Of a DNA stretch of 64,000 nucleotides, positions 46,262-56,124 are shown piece after piece; within the stretch, counting starts at the first letter, position 1, and the number at the start of each line of letters is the position of its first letter. The DNA lies in contig JBAZQN010000009.1 in the NCBI GenBank assembly GCA_041645165.1, positions 4,674 to 68,673 of the forward strand. The letters are read 5' to 3'. The position numbers and the translations under genes are program-made. The notes beneath the pieces were generated by a model that was not told the origin of the DNA, made no database searches, and saw only the letters and a program-made list of their open reading frames with translations. This DNA is from Patescibacteria group bacterium (GTDB lineage: Bacteria; Patescibacteriota; Patescibacteriia; 2-02-FULL-49-11).

Positions 46262-47059
46262 TTATAGCCCTACGATAGTGGAGGATTTTAACGAAACTGG
46301 CGGATATAACTGGTCGGCTATATCGTTTACCAGCCTCATATACCATTTTTTCGCTTGCGCTAAAGTTGCGGGCTTGAAAAATAGAGTCTCCCTGGGAATT
46401 TGCTCCCACGGTAAAATATCTGTGATCGTTTCCCCCCAACGGTTTACAATCGAGTAATAGAAGAATGCGACGAACCATTGAATTCCATGGTATTTCCATG
46501 TGAATTCGGTATTTTTCATTTTTTTTAAATAAGTAAATGAAAAATCACCTGAATAAATTTGGTAGATTATTTCCCGCCGGTCATCCCACTGCTGCGCCGA
46601 GATGACAACGAGCGGTGTGGTGGGAGTGTTGATTTCTGGATGGAACCACGGTCCCAGACTGGATTTGGATACAGAATCTGGGGGGGTGGAAACCACCATT
46701 TTAAATGGTTCACCATTAATCAAAAATCCTCCGCAATGTGCGACGGAGAGCTTTTGATAGAAGTCCAGCCGTGCCGTATCCATTGGCACTAGACTTTGAA
46801 TAACAGCAGTCCAATTTTTCCTACGAAGGCCTGTATCGACTTTATTAAAGTCGACGGCACATCCATAGGAATTCCTCCACATGGATTCTACCACCTCATA
46901 GAAGTAAGTTTCTGCTGTCGTGACGTACCTTTCTCTCTCGTCACGATACGCTTCCTGCTGCTGTTCCTTCTCCAACTGACTTTGGCCGCTATTGCAGCCA
47001 AAATACGAAAACAAAAAAATCCCCAGGACCCCTGCCAATAAAATTGCTCGTGCGTTCAT
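46262..47059 (-). CDS. hypothetical secreted protein or lipoprotein
   Basis: The only long minus-strand ORF in this region; N-terminal signal-like LLAGVLGIFLFSYFGC; no family recognised. Confidence 0.5.
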   Translation of the reverse strand: MNARAILLAGVLGIFLFSYFGCNSGQSQLEKEQQQEAYRDERERYVTTAETYFYEVVESMWRNSYGCAVDFNKVDTGLRRKNWTAVIQSLVPMDTARLDFYQKLSVAHCGGFLINGEPFKMVVSTPPDSVSKSSLGPWFHPEINTPTTPLVVISAQQWDDRREIIYQIYSGDFSFTYLKKMKNTEFTWKYHGIQWFVAFFYYSIVNRWGETITDILPWEQIPRETLFFKPATLAQAKKWYMRLVNDIADQLYPPVSLKSSTIVGL

Positions 47060-47269
47060 GGCGCACCTCCATTAGGTTTAGTGAAACATTGTTTTGATTT
47101 ATAGACTTTTTTATAGTGTATCACACCTCCTCATTTGTTAATGAAACAATTTTTATTTGATTGGCTTATAAAGGATTGGTTTACTACTCTTTCTCTCTCC
47201 TGTCAAGGGTGGATAAGTGGGGAGGGGGGGAGTAGGTAGGAGCGATTATAAAGTAATGGGGGAATGGTT

Positions 47270-47575
47270 ACGGTCATAAGGTGAATAGGACGGATAAGTC
47301 GTAATAGGGTGGATAGGTCGGATAAGATTGTAAGTCGGAATAGGGCAGATAAGGCAAATAGGGTGGGTGAGTCGTGATTAGGGCGGATAAGTTGGAAAGG
47401 TTGGATAAATTAAATTGGACTGGTGGGTTGGATAGGTTAATGTATTGAGATAATAGTTTGTTTATTTTTGACGAAAGGGGGATTTTTATGTATAGTAAAG
47501 ACACTGAATGAGCACTGAATTGGTTGTGGTGTAACACTGAAATGACACTGAAGTTGAGACACTGAAGTTATGAGT
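47270..47575. repeat. low-complexity tandem repeats: G-rich GGATAAG/GGATAGG units, then five CACTGAA units
   Basis: ggataagtcg, ggataggtcg, ggcagataag, gggcggataag... followed by acactgaatgagcactgaat..cactgaaatgacactgaagttgagacactgaag. Confidence 0.45.
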
Positions 47576-47578
47576 TTT

Positions 47579-47608
47579 TCCGCCCGAGGCGGATCCGCCT
47601 TTGGCGGA
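47579..47608. repeat. 30-nt GGATCC-centred double-hairpin element, copy 2 (intergenic, 26 nt upstream of mreB)
   Basis: tccgcccgaggcggatccgcctttggcgga flanked by gagtttt / gagtt. Confidence 0.55.
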
Positions 47609-47633
47609 GAGTTCTAAGTTTTGAGTTCCTGTT

Positions 47634-48641
47634 ATGTTCATCAAGAGAATCGGGATTGATTTGGGTACGACGTATACGCTGGTGTATGTGCCCACGAAAG
47701 GTATTGTAATCAATGAACCTTCGGTGGTGGCGCATTCGCTTTCGGACCGTAGGGTGCTCGCGGTTGGGGAGGAAGCCAAGGAAATGATCGGCCGCACGCC
47801 TGACACGATTGTGGCGTCCCGGCCATTGAAAGATGGCGTGATCGCGGATTACCGCACCACAGAAGCTATGCTGCGGTATTTTATTAATAAAGCCATTGGC
47901 GGCGTGCGGCTTTTTAGGCCTGAAGTTATGGTTGCGGTGCCCGCAGGCATCACTTCCACGGAGCGCCGTGCCGTTATTGACGCAACAATAGCCGCAGGCG
48001 CGAAAACCGCCTATCTCATCAAGGAACCGATTGCCGCCGCCATTGGCGCAAAAATCCCTATTGGTTCAGCATCCGGCCATATGATTGTGGACACAGGAGG
48101 AGGCACTTCTGAAGTCGCAGTCATATCGCTCGGCGGTATAGTGGCCAATACTTCTATGCGCACCGGCGGCAACAGGTTTGACAGCGCTATCACAGAGTTC
48201 ATCAGGCGCAAGTATAACCTTGCGATAGGCGAGCGCACCGCGGAAGACATCAAGATTTCCATAGGTTCTGCATTGTTTCTTGAAAAAAAGCTTTCTATGA
48301 ATGTGCGCGGCCGCGACACGGTCACCGGTCTTCCCCGTACCATTACCGTAACCTCGGACGACGTGACGGAAGCAATTCAGCATGAGCTGGAAACTGTCAT
48401 TTCCGCAGTGAAATCCGTGTTTGCAGCAACACCGCCAGAGCTATGCGCTGACGTGATTGATAAAGGCATGGTGCTCTCAGGCGGCAGCTCTTTGTTAAGA
48501 AACATCGACAAGCTGCTCTCCCAAGCGACGGGTGTGCCTTCCTATGTGGCAGATGAACCGCTGCTGTGCGTCGCGCGCGGCACTGGGGTGGCGCTTGATA
48601 ATTTAGATGCGTATAAGAGGAGCATACTCGCTACGCGATAG
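47634..48641 (+). CDS. mreB: rod shape-determining protein MreB (actin-like ATPase), paralog 1
   Basis: IGIDLGTTYTLVYV..GIVINEPSVVA.. with phosphate-1/2 and adenosine motifs. Confidence 0.9.
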   Translation: MFIKRIGIDLGTTYTLVYVPTKGIVINEPSVVAHSLSDRRVLAVGEEAKEMIGRTPDTIVASRPLKDGVIADYRTTEAMLRYFINKAIGGVRLFRPEVMVAVPAGITSTERRAVIDATIAAGAKTAYLIKEPIAAAIGAKIPIGSASGHMIVDTGGGTSEVAVISLGGIVANTSMRTGGNRFDSAITEFIRRKYNLAIGERTAEDIKISIGSALFLEKKLSMNVRGRDTVTGLPRTITVTSDDVTEAIQHELETVISAVKSVFAATPPELCADVIDKGMVLSGGSSLLRNIDKLLSQATGVPSYVADEPLLCVARGTGVALDNLDAYKRSILATR

Positions 48642-48648
48642 ATCGCGT

Positions 48649-48755
48649 AAATCCCAATGCCCAATGCCCAATAAAATTCCAAATCCCAATATCCAAATCA
48701 TAAATACCCTTCGACAGGCTCAGGGTGACAATTTGGTGCTTGCAATTTGGAATTT
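48649..48755. repeat. CCAAT/ATTTGG long inverted repeat plus the adjacent gctacgc..agatc..gcgta module
   Basis: aaattccaaat (48675-48685) faces aatttggaattt (48744-48755); atttggtgcttg is shared with 11521-11532. Confidence 0.5.
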
Positions 48756-48763
48756 ATAATGTT

Positions 48764-49684
48764 ATGCGCGAGAGTAATATAATTCTATTTCACAGAGAAA
48801 TTAGGGCACGATTAGGCCGTGAATATCAAGCTGGCACCATGCACCATGCCTATCTTTTTACCGGCCCGCGCGGCATAGGCAAGGCCACATTGGCCAAGTG
48901 GTGCGCGCAAATGGTCCAGTGTGAAGCTTTAGCATTATCTGACGCGCCATGCGGAAAATGCGCACATTGCCGCGCGATTGAGCACGGCACCATGCCGGAT
49001 GTGACTATAGCCGCTGCGGACCGCAACGTGCGCACCGTCAGTATTCGCGAAGTGCGGGACGCGCAGGAGAGGCTTCATCAGACTCCTCTTAAGGGCCGTT
49101 TTTCCGTCCTTATTCTCATAGACGCAGACCGCGGTACGATTGCCGCACAGAACGCCTTCTTGAAAACGCTGGAAGAGCCGCATCCGCGCTCACTCCTTAT
49201 TCTTACTGCAACGCAGCCATCACTGCTACTGCCCACCATCCATTCGCGGGTCGCCGCGATCCCTTTCAAGCGCATCTCCCATCATGATATGATGAGTGCT
49301 CTTAAATCAGAGTCCGTTGCCGCAGAACAGCTCATCCCTCTTGCTAACTATGCGCAGGGAGTGCCAGGAAAAATTTTCGATAATTTTAAACTGCGCGAGG
49401 ATGTGGCGTCTATGTTGGCGCAAGTTGATGCGCTTAAAGATTTTAAAAACGCGCCTTTTTGGGAATTACAGACGCAGATTCGCAAGATGCTGGCGCGCTA
49501 TGGGAAAGCGCCTGACGCGTTATTGCAGCTCTTGCGCAATGAAATGGCGCTCCTGTTCCGTGATCAGGACGTTTCACCCTGCGCGCGCAAGGCGCTTGGC
49601 GCACTTTGGTCCGCGCACGCGCATCATGTCAATCAAGATTTAGCCCTTGATATATTATCGTTATCACTTGCGCAACGCCTATGA
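48764..49684 (+). CDS. holB: DNA polymerase III subunit delta'
   Basis: HAYLFTGPRGIGKATLA and zinc module CGKCAHC; start placed at the ATG at 48764. Confidence 0.8.
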   Translation: MRESNIILFHREIRARLGREYQAGTMHHAYLFTGPRGIGKATLAKWCAQMVQCEALALSDAPCGKCAHCRAIEHGTMPDVTIAAADRNVRTVSIREVRDAQERLHQTPLKGRFSVLILIDADRGTIAAQNAFLKTLEEPHPRSLLILTATQPSLLLPTIHSRVAAIPFKRISHHDMMSALKSESVAAEQLIPLANYAQGVPGKIFDNFKLREDVASMLAQVDALKDFKNAPFWELQTQIRKMLARYGKAPDALLQLLRNEMALLFRDQDVSPCARKALGALWSAHAHHVNQDLALDILSLSLAQRL

Positions 49685-50730
49685 TGAAATCCATTCTCTT
49701 TATCCTTCTTTCCATGATGCTTTTTACCGGAATTTCATGCAGTACCATATCATTGTCAACGAACAAGGCGACAGATGGCGGGGTGTATAAGTCCCTGAAT
49801 CGCGGCGAAATATGGGAACAGAAAGTATTTGTGGAAAAAGTAAAAAAGAAAATCAACACTATTGCGAGTGTCAATGTGAAGCGATTTGTGGCAGATCCGG
49901 AAGATAGCAGAGTTATCTACCTTATTACGCGCGAATCCGGCCTTTGGAAGACTACAGATGGGGCGGAGCGGTGGTTCTCCATTTACCAAGGAGGGGGCAT
50001 CTCCTCGCTGGTACTTGATGCGCGCGATACCGCCCGGCTGTATCTCGCGGCAGGGAATAGGATATTGACCTCTGGCGACGGGGGGAATACCTGGGAAGAG
50101 ATATATCTTGAACCGCGTTCCAATGTCAGCATTACGAGCCTTTTGATAAATCGTAATGATGCGCGGCACGTAATCGCTTCTACGAGCGCGGGAGATATCC
50201 TGGAAAGCAGGGATGAGGGAGGAAGTTGGAAAGTAGCGTACCGTTTCGATATGCCGGTATTGGGGCTTTTGCAGTTGCCGAAATCAAATTATATTTTTGC
50301 CACCACGCAGAATCAGGGCATTTGGCGCAGCACGGACGAAGGCAAAACATGGAAGTCGGTTTCAGAATCACTGAAGGAGTTCTCCGGTGCGCTTGAAAAT
50401 AAGACGCTCATTCCCGATCCCGCCACCCCAAACGCGCTTTTGCTCGCGACAGTATACGGCATTTTTCGCACCACGAACAACGGCGATGCATGGCAGTCCA
50501 TACCCCTCATATCAAAGCCGGGGACCATAGAAATCCTTTCATTGGCGGTGAATCCAAAGAATTCGTCACAAATCTATTACACGGTGCCTCAAGCGCTCTA
50601 TGCAAGCAGCAATGGCGGCGCGCGTTGGGCAACGCTCGCGCTTCCCAGCGGCAGACTCCCTACTGCGCTTTCCGTTGATGCGTATAACCCGGATATCCTC
50701 TATATGGGGGTTACGAATCCCAAAAAGTAG
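49681..50730 (+). CDS. secreted BNR/Asp-box repeat beta-propeller protein (Ycf48-like)
   Basis: Seven SxDxGxxW-type repeats (TTDGAERW, SGDGGNTWEE, SRDEGGSWK, STDEGKTWKS, TTNNGDAWQS, SSNGGARWA); N-terminal signal/lipobox-like LFTGISC. Confidence 0.7.
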   Translation: MMKSILFILLSMMLFTGISCSTISLSTNKATDGGVYKSLNRGEIWEQKVFVEKVKKKINTIASVNVKRFVADPEDSRVIYLITRESGLWKTTDGAERWFSIYQGGGISSLVLDARDTARLYLAAGNRILTSGDGGNTWEEIYLEPRSNVSITSLLINRNDARHVIASTSAGDILESRDEGGSWKVAYRFDMPVLGLLQLPKSNYIFATTQNQGIWRSTDEGKTWKSVSESLKEFSGALENKTLIPDPATPNALLLATVYGIFRTTNNGDAWQSIPLISKPGTIEILSLAVNPKNSSQIYYTVPQALYASSNGGARWATLALPSGRLPTALSVDAYNPDILYMGVTNPKK

Positions 50731-50839
50731 TGTCGGAGATTGTCTCCGACCAATCGGTGGCAGACAAGCTGCCACGCTACACGATTTCTTAATTCTTCAT
50801 TCTACATTCTAAATTCATATTTTTTAATTCTCATATTGT

Positions 50840-51391
50840 ATGCCTACTCCTCTTGACTCCCTCGTCTCTGATTACCAAAAAATCAAAGAGCATTTTGAGC
50901 ATGAGCTTTCCACGATACGCACAGGGAGAGCCATGCCATCGTTGATTGAGCACGTGCCGATCGCGGCATACGGCTCCACGATGCGCCTTATGGAAGTGGC
51001 GTCCATTTCTGTGCCAGACCCTAAAACGTTGGTCGTTGAGGCATGGGATAAGCAGCTGATCCGCGATATTGAACGGGGGCTGATAGAAGCGAACACTGGC
51101 TGCAGCGTGGCGGTGGACAAGGACGTCATCAGGCTTTCTGTCCCCGCTCTTACCCAAGAAACGCGCGAGAAGATGAAAAAAAGCGTCCAGAAAGAAGTGG
51201 AACAGGCAAAAGTAGCGCTTCGCGCGTTAAGGGATTCGGTGAAGCAACAGATTAACGGGCAAGAAAAAGAAAAGGCCATTTCGGAGGATGAGAAATTCCG
51301 CCTTTTGGAGCGCCTTGATAAGGAAATAAAGCAATTTCAGGATGCGTTTGACGAGCTGGGGAAGAAGAAGGAGAAGGAGCTTGAATTTTAA
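50840..51391 (+). CDS. frr: ribosome recycling factor
   Basis: LIEHVPIAAYGSTMRLMEVASISVPDP..VIRLSVPALTQETREKM. Confidence 0.9.
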   Translation: MPTPLDSLVSDYQKIKEHFEHELSTIRTGRAMPSLIEHVPIAAYGSTMRLMEVASISVPDPKTLVVEAWDKQLIRDIERGLIEANTGCSVAVDKDVIRLSVPALTQETREKMKKSVQKEVEQAKVALRALRDSVKQQINGQEKEKAISEDEKFRLLERLDKEIKQFQDAFDELGKKKEKELEF

Positions 51392-51412
51392 TTAGGCAGC
51401 CCGCATAAAGCT

Positions 51413-52579
51413 ATGGCCACATTCATTACATTTATTATCATCTTCAGCCTTCTCATCTTCCTGCATGAGCTGGGGCATTTTTTGACTGCGCGGCGCTTCG
51501 GGGTTCGCGTCATTGAATTTGGTTTCGGGCTTCCCGCGAGGCTTATTGGGGTCATGCGAATGAACGGCACATGGAAGGTGGTGGGAAGTTCTTATGCGCC
51601 CCAAGAGCAAGACTCGACCATCTATTCCCTGAACTGGATACCATTTGGAGGTTTTGTAAAACTTTACGGCGAGGATAAAGTGGACGAAGAGCAGGGAAAG
51701 GGGAGCATTTCCCGCTTACCCGCGTGGCAGCGCATCATCATATTAAGCGCAGGCGTTGCCATGAATGTGCTTTTTACCATTGTGCTGTTCAGCGCCGGAT
51801 TTATGACCGGTACACCCTCAGTCATTGAAGATGATCTTTCATCTCATGCCAGCCTCCGCGATGTCCGCATTCAGATTGTCGAAGTCATCCCGAATTCTCC
51901 GGCTTCAGCCGCGAATATTGCGCTTCGAGACACGATACGCGCCATTAACGGCGTAGAGGTTGATTCTATCCAGGAGTTTCAAAATACGATCCGGAGCATG
52001 GAAGGAAATTCCCTCACGCTTACTCTTGAGAGCAATGGCATCACGCGCGATGTCTCGGTAAAGCCTCAAAAGCTCCCCGAGGGGGGCGATGTTCCTCTTG
52101 TGGGAGTCGGGCTTATCCGCACCGGAGTCGTATCCTACCCATGGTACCTTGCCGTGTACGAGGGGATAAGGAGCACCTATTATCTCACGCAGCACCTTAT
52201 CCAGACGTTTATCGCCATACTTGTTAAATTAATTACCACGGGGAGCACTCAAGCGGTCATATCCGGCCCGGTAGGAATTGCAGTGCTTACCGGTGAGGTG
52301 GTCCATTTGGGATTTTTGTATGTGCTGCAATTCGCGGCAACACTTTCGCTTAATCTCGCCATCCTGAATTATCTGCCTATTCCCGCGCTTGACGGCGGGA
52401 GGGTGCTTTTCATTTTTATAGAGATATTGCGAGGAAAAGCGGTAAACAGAAAATTAGAGTCCATAACCCATACGGTCGGCTTTGCGCTGTTGCTCCTCTT
52501 GATTGTATTTGTGACTTACCGGGACGTGCTTCGCTACGGGGCGGGGATACTCCAGGCTCTTAAATCTTTTATTGGCTAG
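51413..52579 (+). CDS. rseP: site-2 protease RseP (M50 family) with PDZ domain
   Basis: HELGH in TM1, a PDZ segment and the LDGG motif near the C-terminus. Confidence 0.85.
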   Translation: MATFITFIIIFSLLIFLHELGHFLTARRFGVRVIEFGFGLPARLIGVMRMNGTWKVVGSSYAPQEQDSTIYSLNWIPFGGFVKLYGEDKVDEEQGKGSISRLPAWQRIIILSAGVAMNVLFTIVLFSAGFMTGTPSVIEDDLSSHASLRDVRIQIVEVIPNSPASAANIALRDTIRAINGVEVDSIQEFQNTIRSMEGNSLTLTLESNGITRDVSVKPQKLPEGGDVPLVGVGLIRTGVVSYPWYLAVYEGIRSTYYLTQHLIQTFIAILVKLITTGSTQAVISGPVGIAVLTGEVVHLGFLYVLQFAATLSLNLAILNYLPIPALDGGRVLFIFIEILRGKAVNRKLESITHTVGFALLLLLIVFVTYRDVLRYGAGILQALKSFIG

Positions 52580-52945
52580 TGCCGTAACAATTTAATTATG
52601 CCATATCACTGGCGCGTTTTGAACAGTATTTACAGGGAGATTTGGCACTATGCATGTTGCGAAACTTAATTGTTACGGTACTAGGGCACGTAAATTAATA
52701 AACTTTTCAACTTCCACTGTCATTCCCGCCCCGTATGCCGTTACGGGGTAAACTCCAGCGGGAATCCAGAAATTAAAAGAAACATCTATTTTTGTTTATT
52801 TTTGTCTGGATTCCAGATCAAGTCTGGAATGACGGAATGAATAACTTATTGTTTTACAACGCCTTAGTTCCATAATGAGATAGAAAAAGAATATCTGCGT
52901 AAATCTGCGTGAAAACTCTTTTACTATATTGTTCTATACTTTCAT

Positions 52946-54178
52946 ATGAGACAGTCACAATTATTTGGACATACCATGAAACAGGATCCGAAGGATGAGG
53001 TAAGCGCGAATGCCAAATTATTGGTACGCGCCGGTTTTGTCGACAAAGTGGGCGCGGGGATCTACAGCTATCTGCCTTTGGGGATTCGCGTGATCCAGAA
53101 AATTTCTGATGCCGTACGGCGCGCCATGAATGCATTGGGAGGGCAGGAGTTGCTCATGCCCACCTTGCATCCGAAAGAATATTGGGAAGCAACAGGCCGA
53201 TGGGACAGTTTTGACGTGCTCTACCGCTTGAAAGCGCGCGAGGACCGTGAATTTGCCCTTGGACCTACCCATGAGGAAATCCTTACCCCCTTGGCCGCGA
53301 AGTTTATTTCTTCTTATAAGGATTTGCCCCTGTCACTTTATCAGATTCAAACTAAATTCCGCGATGAGCCGAGGGTAAAATCAGGTGTCTTAAGGGGGCG
53401 CGAATTTCTCATGAAAGACATGTATAGTTTCCACACCAGCGGAGATGATTTACAGGTTTATTACGACAAGGTGAAAGAAGGCTATCAGAAACTGTTTGAA
53501 TCATTTGGGCTTCTCGCGTATTGCGCGGAGGCAACAGGCGGGACCTTTTCTAAATATTCACATGAATTCCAAGTGCTCACCCCTGCAGGGGAAGACACCA
53601 TTTATTACTGCACGCATTGCGCATACGCGCGCAACAAAGAGATTATTGATGAATTAGACGATACGTCCCATTGTCCCCGCTGCGGCCATGCTTTTTCGCA
53701 AGGGCTCATGTCGGAAGTGGGCAATATCTTCAATTTGGGGACAAAATTTTCTGATTCCTGCAATCTCCAGTATACTGACGAATCAGGGGAGAAACACCCG
53801 ATTCTCATGGGTTGTTATGGGATCGGCATTTCACGCTTGATGGGAGTGCTCACCGAAGTGTTTCATGATAACGACGGCATACTCTGGCCGGAATCCGTGG
53901 CGCCGTATGCAGTCCATCTGGTCACGCTGGGAGGCGACGCGTCCATAATTAAGTCAGGCGAGGAAATGTATCAGTCGCTGCTTAATGCAGGCATAGAAGT
54001 GTTATTCGATGAAAGGTCTATATCGAGCGGTGAAAAATTGAAAGATGCCGACCTTATAGGCCTGCCGCTGCGGCTGGTGATAAGCGAAAAAACAAAAGGG
54101 CAAGTCGAGATGAAATACAGGAACCAAAAAAATGTATCTTTCGTCGCACGTGATGAGGTGTTAAAGAAACTTAAATAA
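52946..54178 (+). CDS. proS: proline--tRNA ligase, short form
   Basis: Class II aaRS motifs; LLVRAGFVDKVGAGIYSYLPLG..LGPTHEE; Cys-cluster insertion CTHC..CPRC; 410 aa. Confidence 0.85.
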   Translation: MRQSQLFGHTMKQDPKDEVSANAKLLVRAGFVDKVGAGIYSYLPLGIRVIQKISDAVRRAMNALGGQELLMPTLHPKEYWEATGRWDSFDVLYRLKAREDREFALGPTHEEILTPLAAKFISSYKDLPLSLYQIQTKFRDEPRVKSGVLRGREFLMKDMYSFHTSGDDLQVYYDKVKEGYQKLFESFGLLAYCAEATGGTFSKYSHEFQVLTPAGEDTIYYCTHCAYARNKEIIDELDDTSHCPRCGHAFSQGLMSEVGNIFNLGTKFSDSCNLQYTDESGEKHPILMGCYGIGISRLMGVLTEVFHDNDGILWPESVAPYAVHLVTLGGDASIIKSGEEMYQSLLNAGIEVLFDERSISSGEKLKDADLIGLPLRLVISEKTKGQVEMKYRNQKNVSFVARDEVLKKLK

Positions 54179-54294
54179 TTTATTGTATTGATATTTCAAT
54201 CATTGAGACCTCCCCATCCCCTTCCCGCGTCAAGCTCGGGACAGGCTCTTAGTAAGGAGGGGACGTGAGAGGGCGGTTTCCTTAATTCAGTTTT

Positions 54295-55335
54295 ATGTTT
54301 GACGGCATTTTGGGAAAATTTTCACATGATTTAGGGGTTGATTTGGGTACCGCGAATACGCTGGTATATGTGCGTGATAAGGGCATTGTGATCAATGAGC
54401 CTTCGGTGGTGGCGGTCAATACGCGAAACAATCAAATCGTGGCAGTAGGGGATGATGCCAAAAAGATGATCGGGAAAACTCCTCCGCATATTGTTGCGAC
54501 GCGGCCGCTGGTGGACGGCATTATTTCAGACTTTGAAGCGACAGAACGCATGCTGCGATATTTTATTGATAAGGTGCACCAGGACGGATTTTCCCTCGTG
54601 CCGCGCCCTCTGGTAGTGATTGGTATACCACTTGATGTCACTGAGGTGGAGAAAAAAGCAGTGGAAGACGCCGCGCTCTCCGCGGGTGCGCGCAGGGTCT
54701 ATCTGGTGGAAGAGCCGATGGCCGCGGCGATCGGCGCGCGGCTGCCTGTCCATGAAGCGGCAGGGAACATGGTGGTGGACATAGGCGGAGGCACGACTGA
54801 AATTGCTGTCATTTCATTGGCAGGAGTCGTGAATTGGCGAAGCCTGCGCATCGCGGGCGATGAGCTCACTGCTGATATCGTCCAGTATGTGAGGGATAAT
54901 TTTAATGTGCTGATCGGCGATAAAACGGCAGAAATGGTTAAGATAACGCTTGGTTCCGCCTATCCATCCGCCGAGCCGAGATTCATGAAAATACGCGGCA
55001 GGGATTTGCTCACCGGCTTGCCGAAAGAAGTTTCGCTTAATGATGCGCAGGTGAGGGATGCGTTAAGCCGTACGGTCCATTTGCTTCTTGAGAATATCAC
55101 TGCGACGGTGGAGCTCACCCCTCCCGAGCTCGTTTCCGATATTTACGAACGCGGCATTGCGTTAAGCGGCGGCGGGGCGTTATTGAGAGGGCTGCCTGAA
55201 CTTATCATGGCAGAGACTGGCATTCGCACTTTTATGGTTGACGATCCGCTCACGTGTGTGGCGCGGGGGACTGGAATAATTCTTGAAAATATTAAAGAAT
55301 ATCAGTCATTGCTCGTGCCCCTGACTACAGAGTAA
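54295..55335 (+). CDS. mreB: rod shape-determining protein MreB, paralog 2
   Basis: LGVDLGTANTLVYV..GIVINEPSVVAV; heads the mreC/mreD/PBP2 operon. Confidence 0.9.
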   Translation: MFDGILGKFSHDLGVDLGTANTLVYVRDKGIVINEPSVVAVNTRNNQIVAVGDDAKKMIGKTPPHIVATRPLVDGIISDFEATERMLRYFIDKVHQDGFSLVPRPLVVIGIPLDVTEVEKKAVEDAALSAGARRVYLVEEPMAAAIGARLPVHEAAGNMVVDIGGGTTEIAVISLAGVVNWRSLRIAGDELTADIVQYVRDNFNVLIGDKTAEMVKITLGSAYPSAEPRFMKIRGRDLLTGLPKEVSLNDAQVRDALSRTVHLLLENITATVELTPPELVSDIYERGIALSGGGALLRGLPELIMAETGIRTFMVDDPLTCVARGTGIILENIKEYQSLLVPLTTE

Positions 55336-55338
55336 CAT

Positions 55339-56124
55339 ATGGCATCATCATCACGAAATTTGCTGTGGGCAATTGTGGGCGGATGCGTATTCACGCTTCT
55401 TCTTTTTTTTCATACGCTTGATCTGCTTCTTCAGCCATTGCAGAGAGCTCTAGATCCGCTTGAGCGTTTTTTTATGTTGCGCTCCCAAACGGTCCAACAA
55501 TGGTTTGAGGACCGCAATGCAGTGATTCAGGAACGGGACGCGCTGCGCAGCACGCTTCAAGGGTTCTATCAGCAAGTGCAGGATGCGGAATCCTGCATGC
55601 AAGAAAATGCGGAACTTAGCGAGCTTCTCGGTATACATACTACTTACCGCATTGAACAGGTGGCTGCGAAAATTGTGAATTATGCAAATTTAAGCCGCAC
55701 CCGCATTACCATTGATAAAGGGTTACGGGAGGGGGTCACCAAGGGTGATGCGGTGGTGGTGGGGAGCGGCATAATTATAGGTAAAGTGGTGGACGCTACA
55801 AATGAACGCGCAACCGTCGCATTATTGACTGATGCCGATGTATCGCTTGCCGCAACTTTGGCAGGCAGTACTAACGAGGAAGGCATCGTGCGAAGCCGCA
55901 GAGGAGCGCTTATGCTTGATTTTATTCCTCAAGGGATGGAGCTGCCGGTCGGCCATCTTGTAGTTACTGCGGGAAGCGATGAGCGCATACCGCGTAACTT
56001 CACGATTGGTTATGTAACTGCGTTAGTGACCGATAAAAGCGCGCCATTCCAATCAGCGCTCATTGAGCAATCTATTTCCATTGCTGATTATGCCTTTGTT
56101 TCAGTACTTAAGGGGAACCAATAA
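55339..56124 (+). CDS. mreC: rod shape-determining protein MreC
   Basis: N-terminal TM plus coiled coil, then the MreC beta-domain (VTKGDAVVVGSGIIIGKV..); follows mreB. Confidence 0.8.
   Translation: MASSSRNLLWAIVGGCVFTLLLFFHTLDLLLQPLQRALDPLERFFMLRSQTVQQWFEDRNAVIQERDALRSTLQGFYQQVQDAESCMQENAELSELLGIHTTYRIEQVAAKIVNYANLSRTRITIDKGLREGVTKGDAVVVGSGIIIGKVVDATNERATVALLTDADVSLAATLAGSTNEEGIVRSRRGALMLDFIPQGMELPVGHLVVTAGSDERIPRNFTIGYVTALVTDKSAPFQSALIEQSISIADYAFVSVLKGNQ

Noticed and set aside
47274-47806. Minus-strand ORFs 47274-47537 (..LPYLPYSDLQSYPTYPPYY..) and 47486-47806
   Set aside because: They are translations of the GGATAAG/CACTGAA tandem repeats and the GGATCC palindrome (SAKGGSASGG). This is a low-complexity repeat artefact, not coding.
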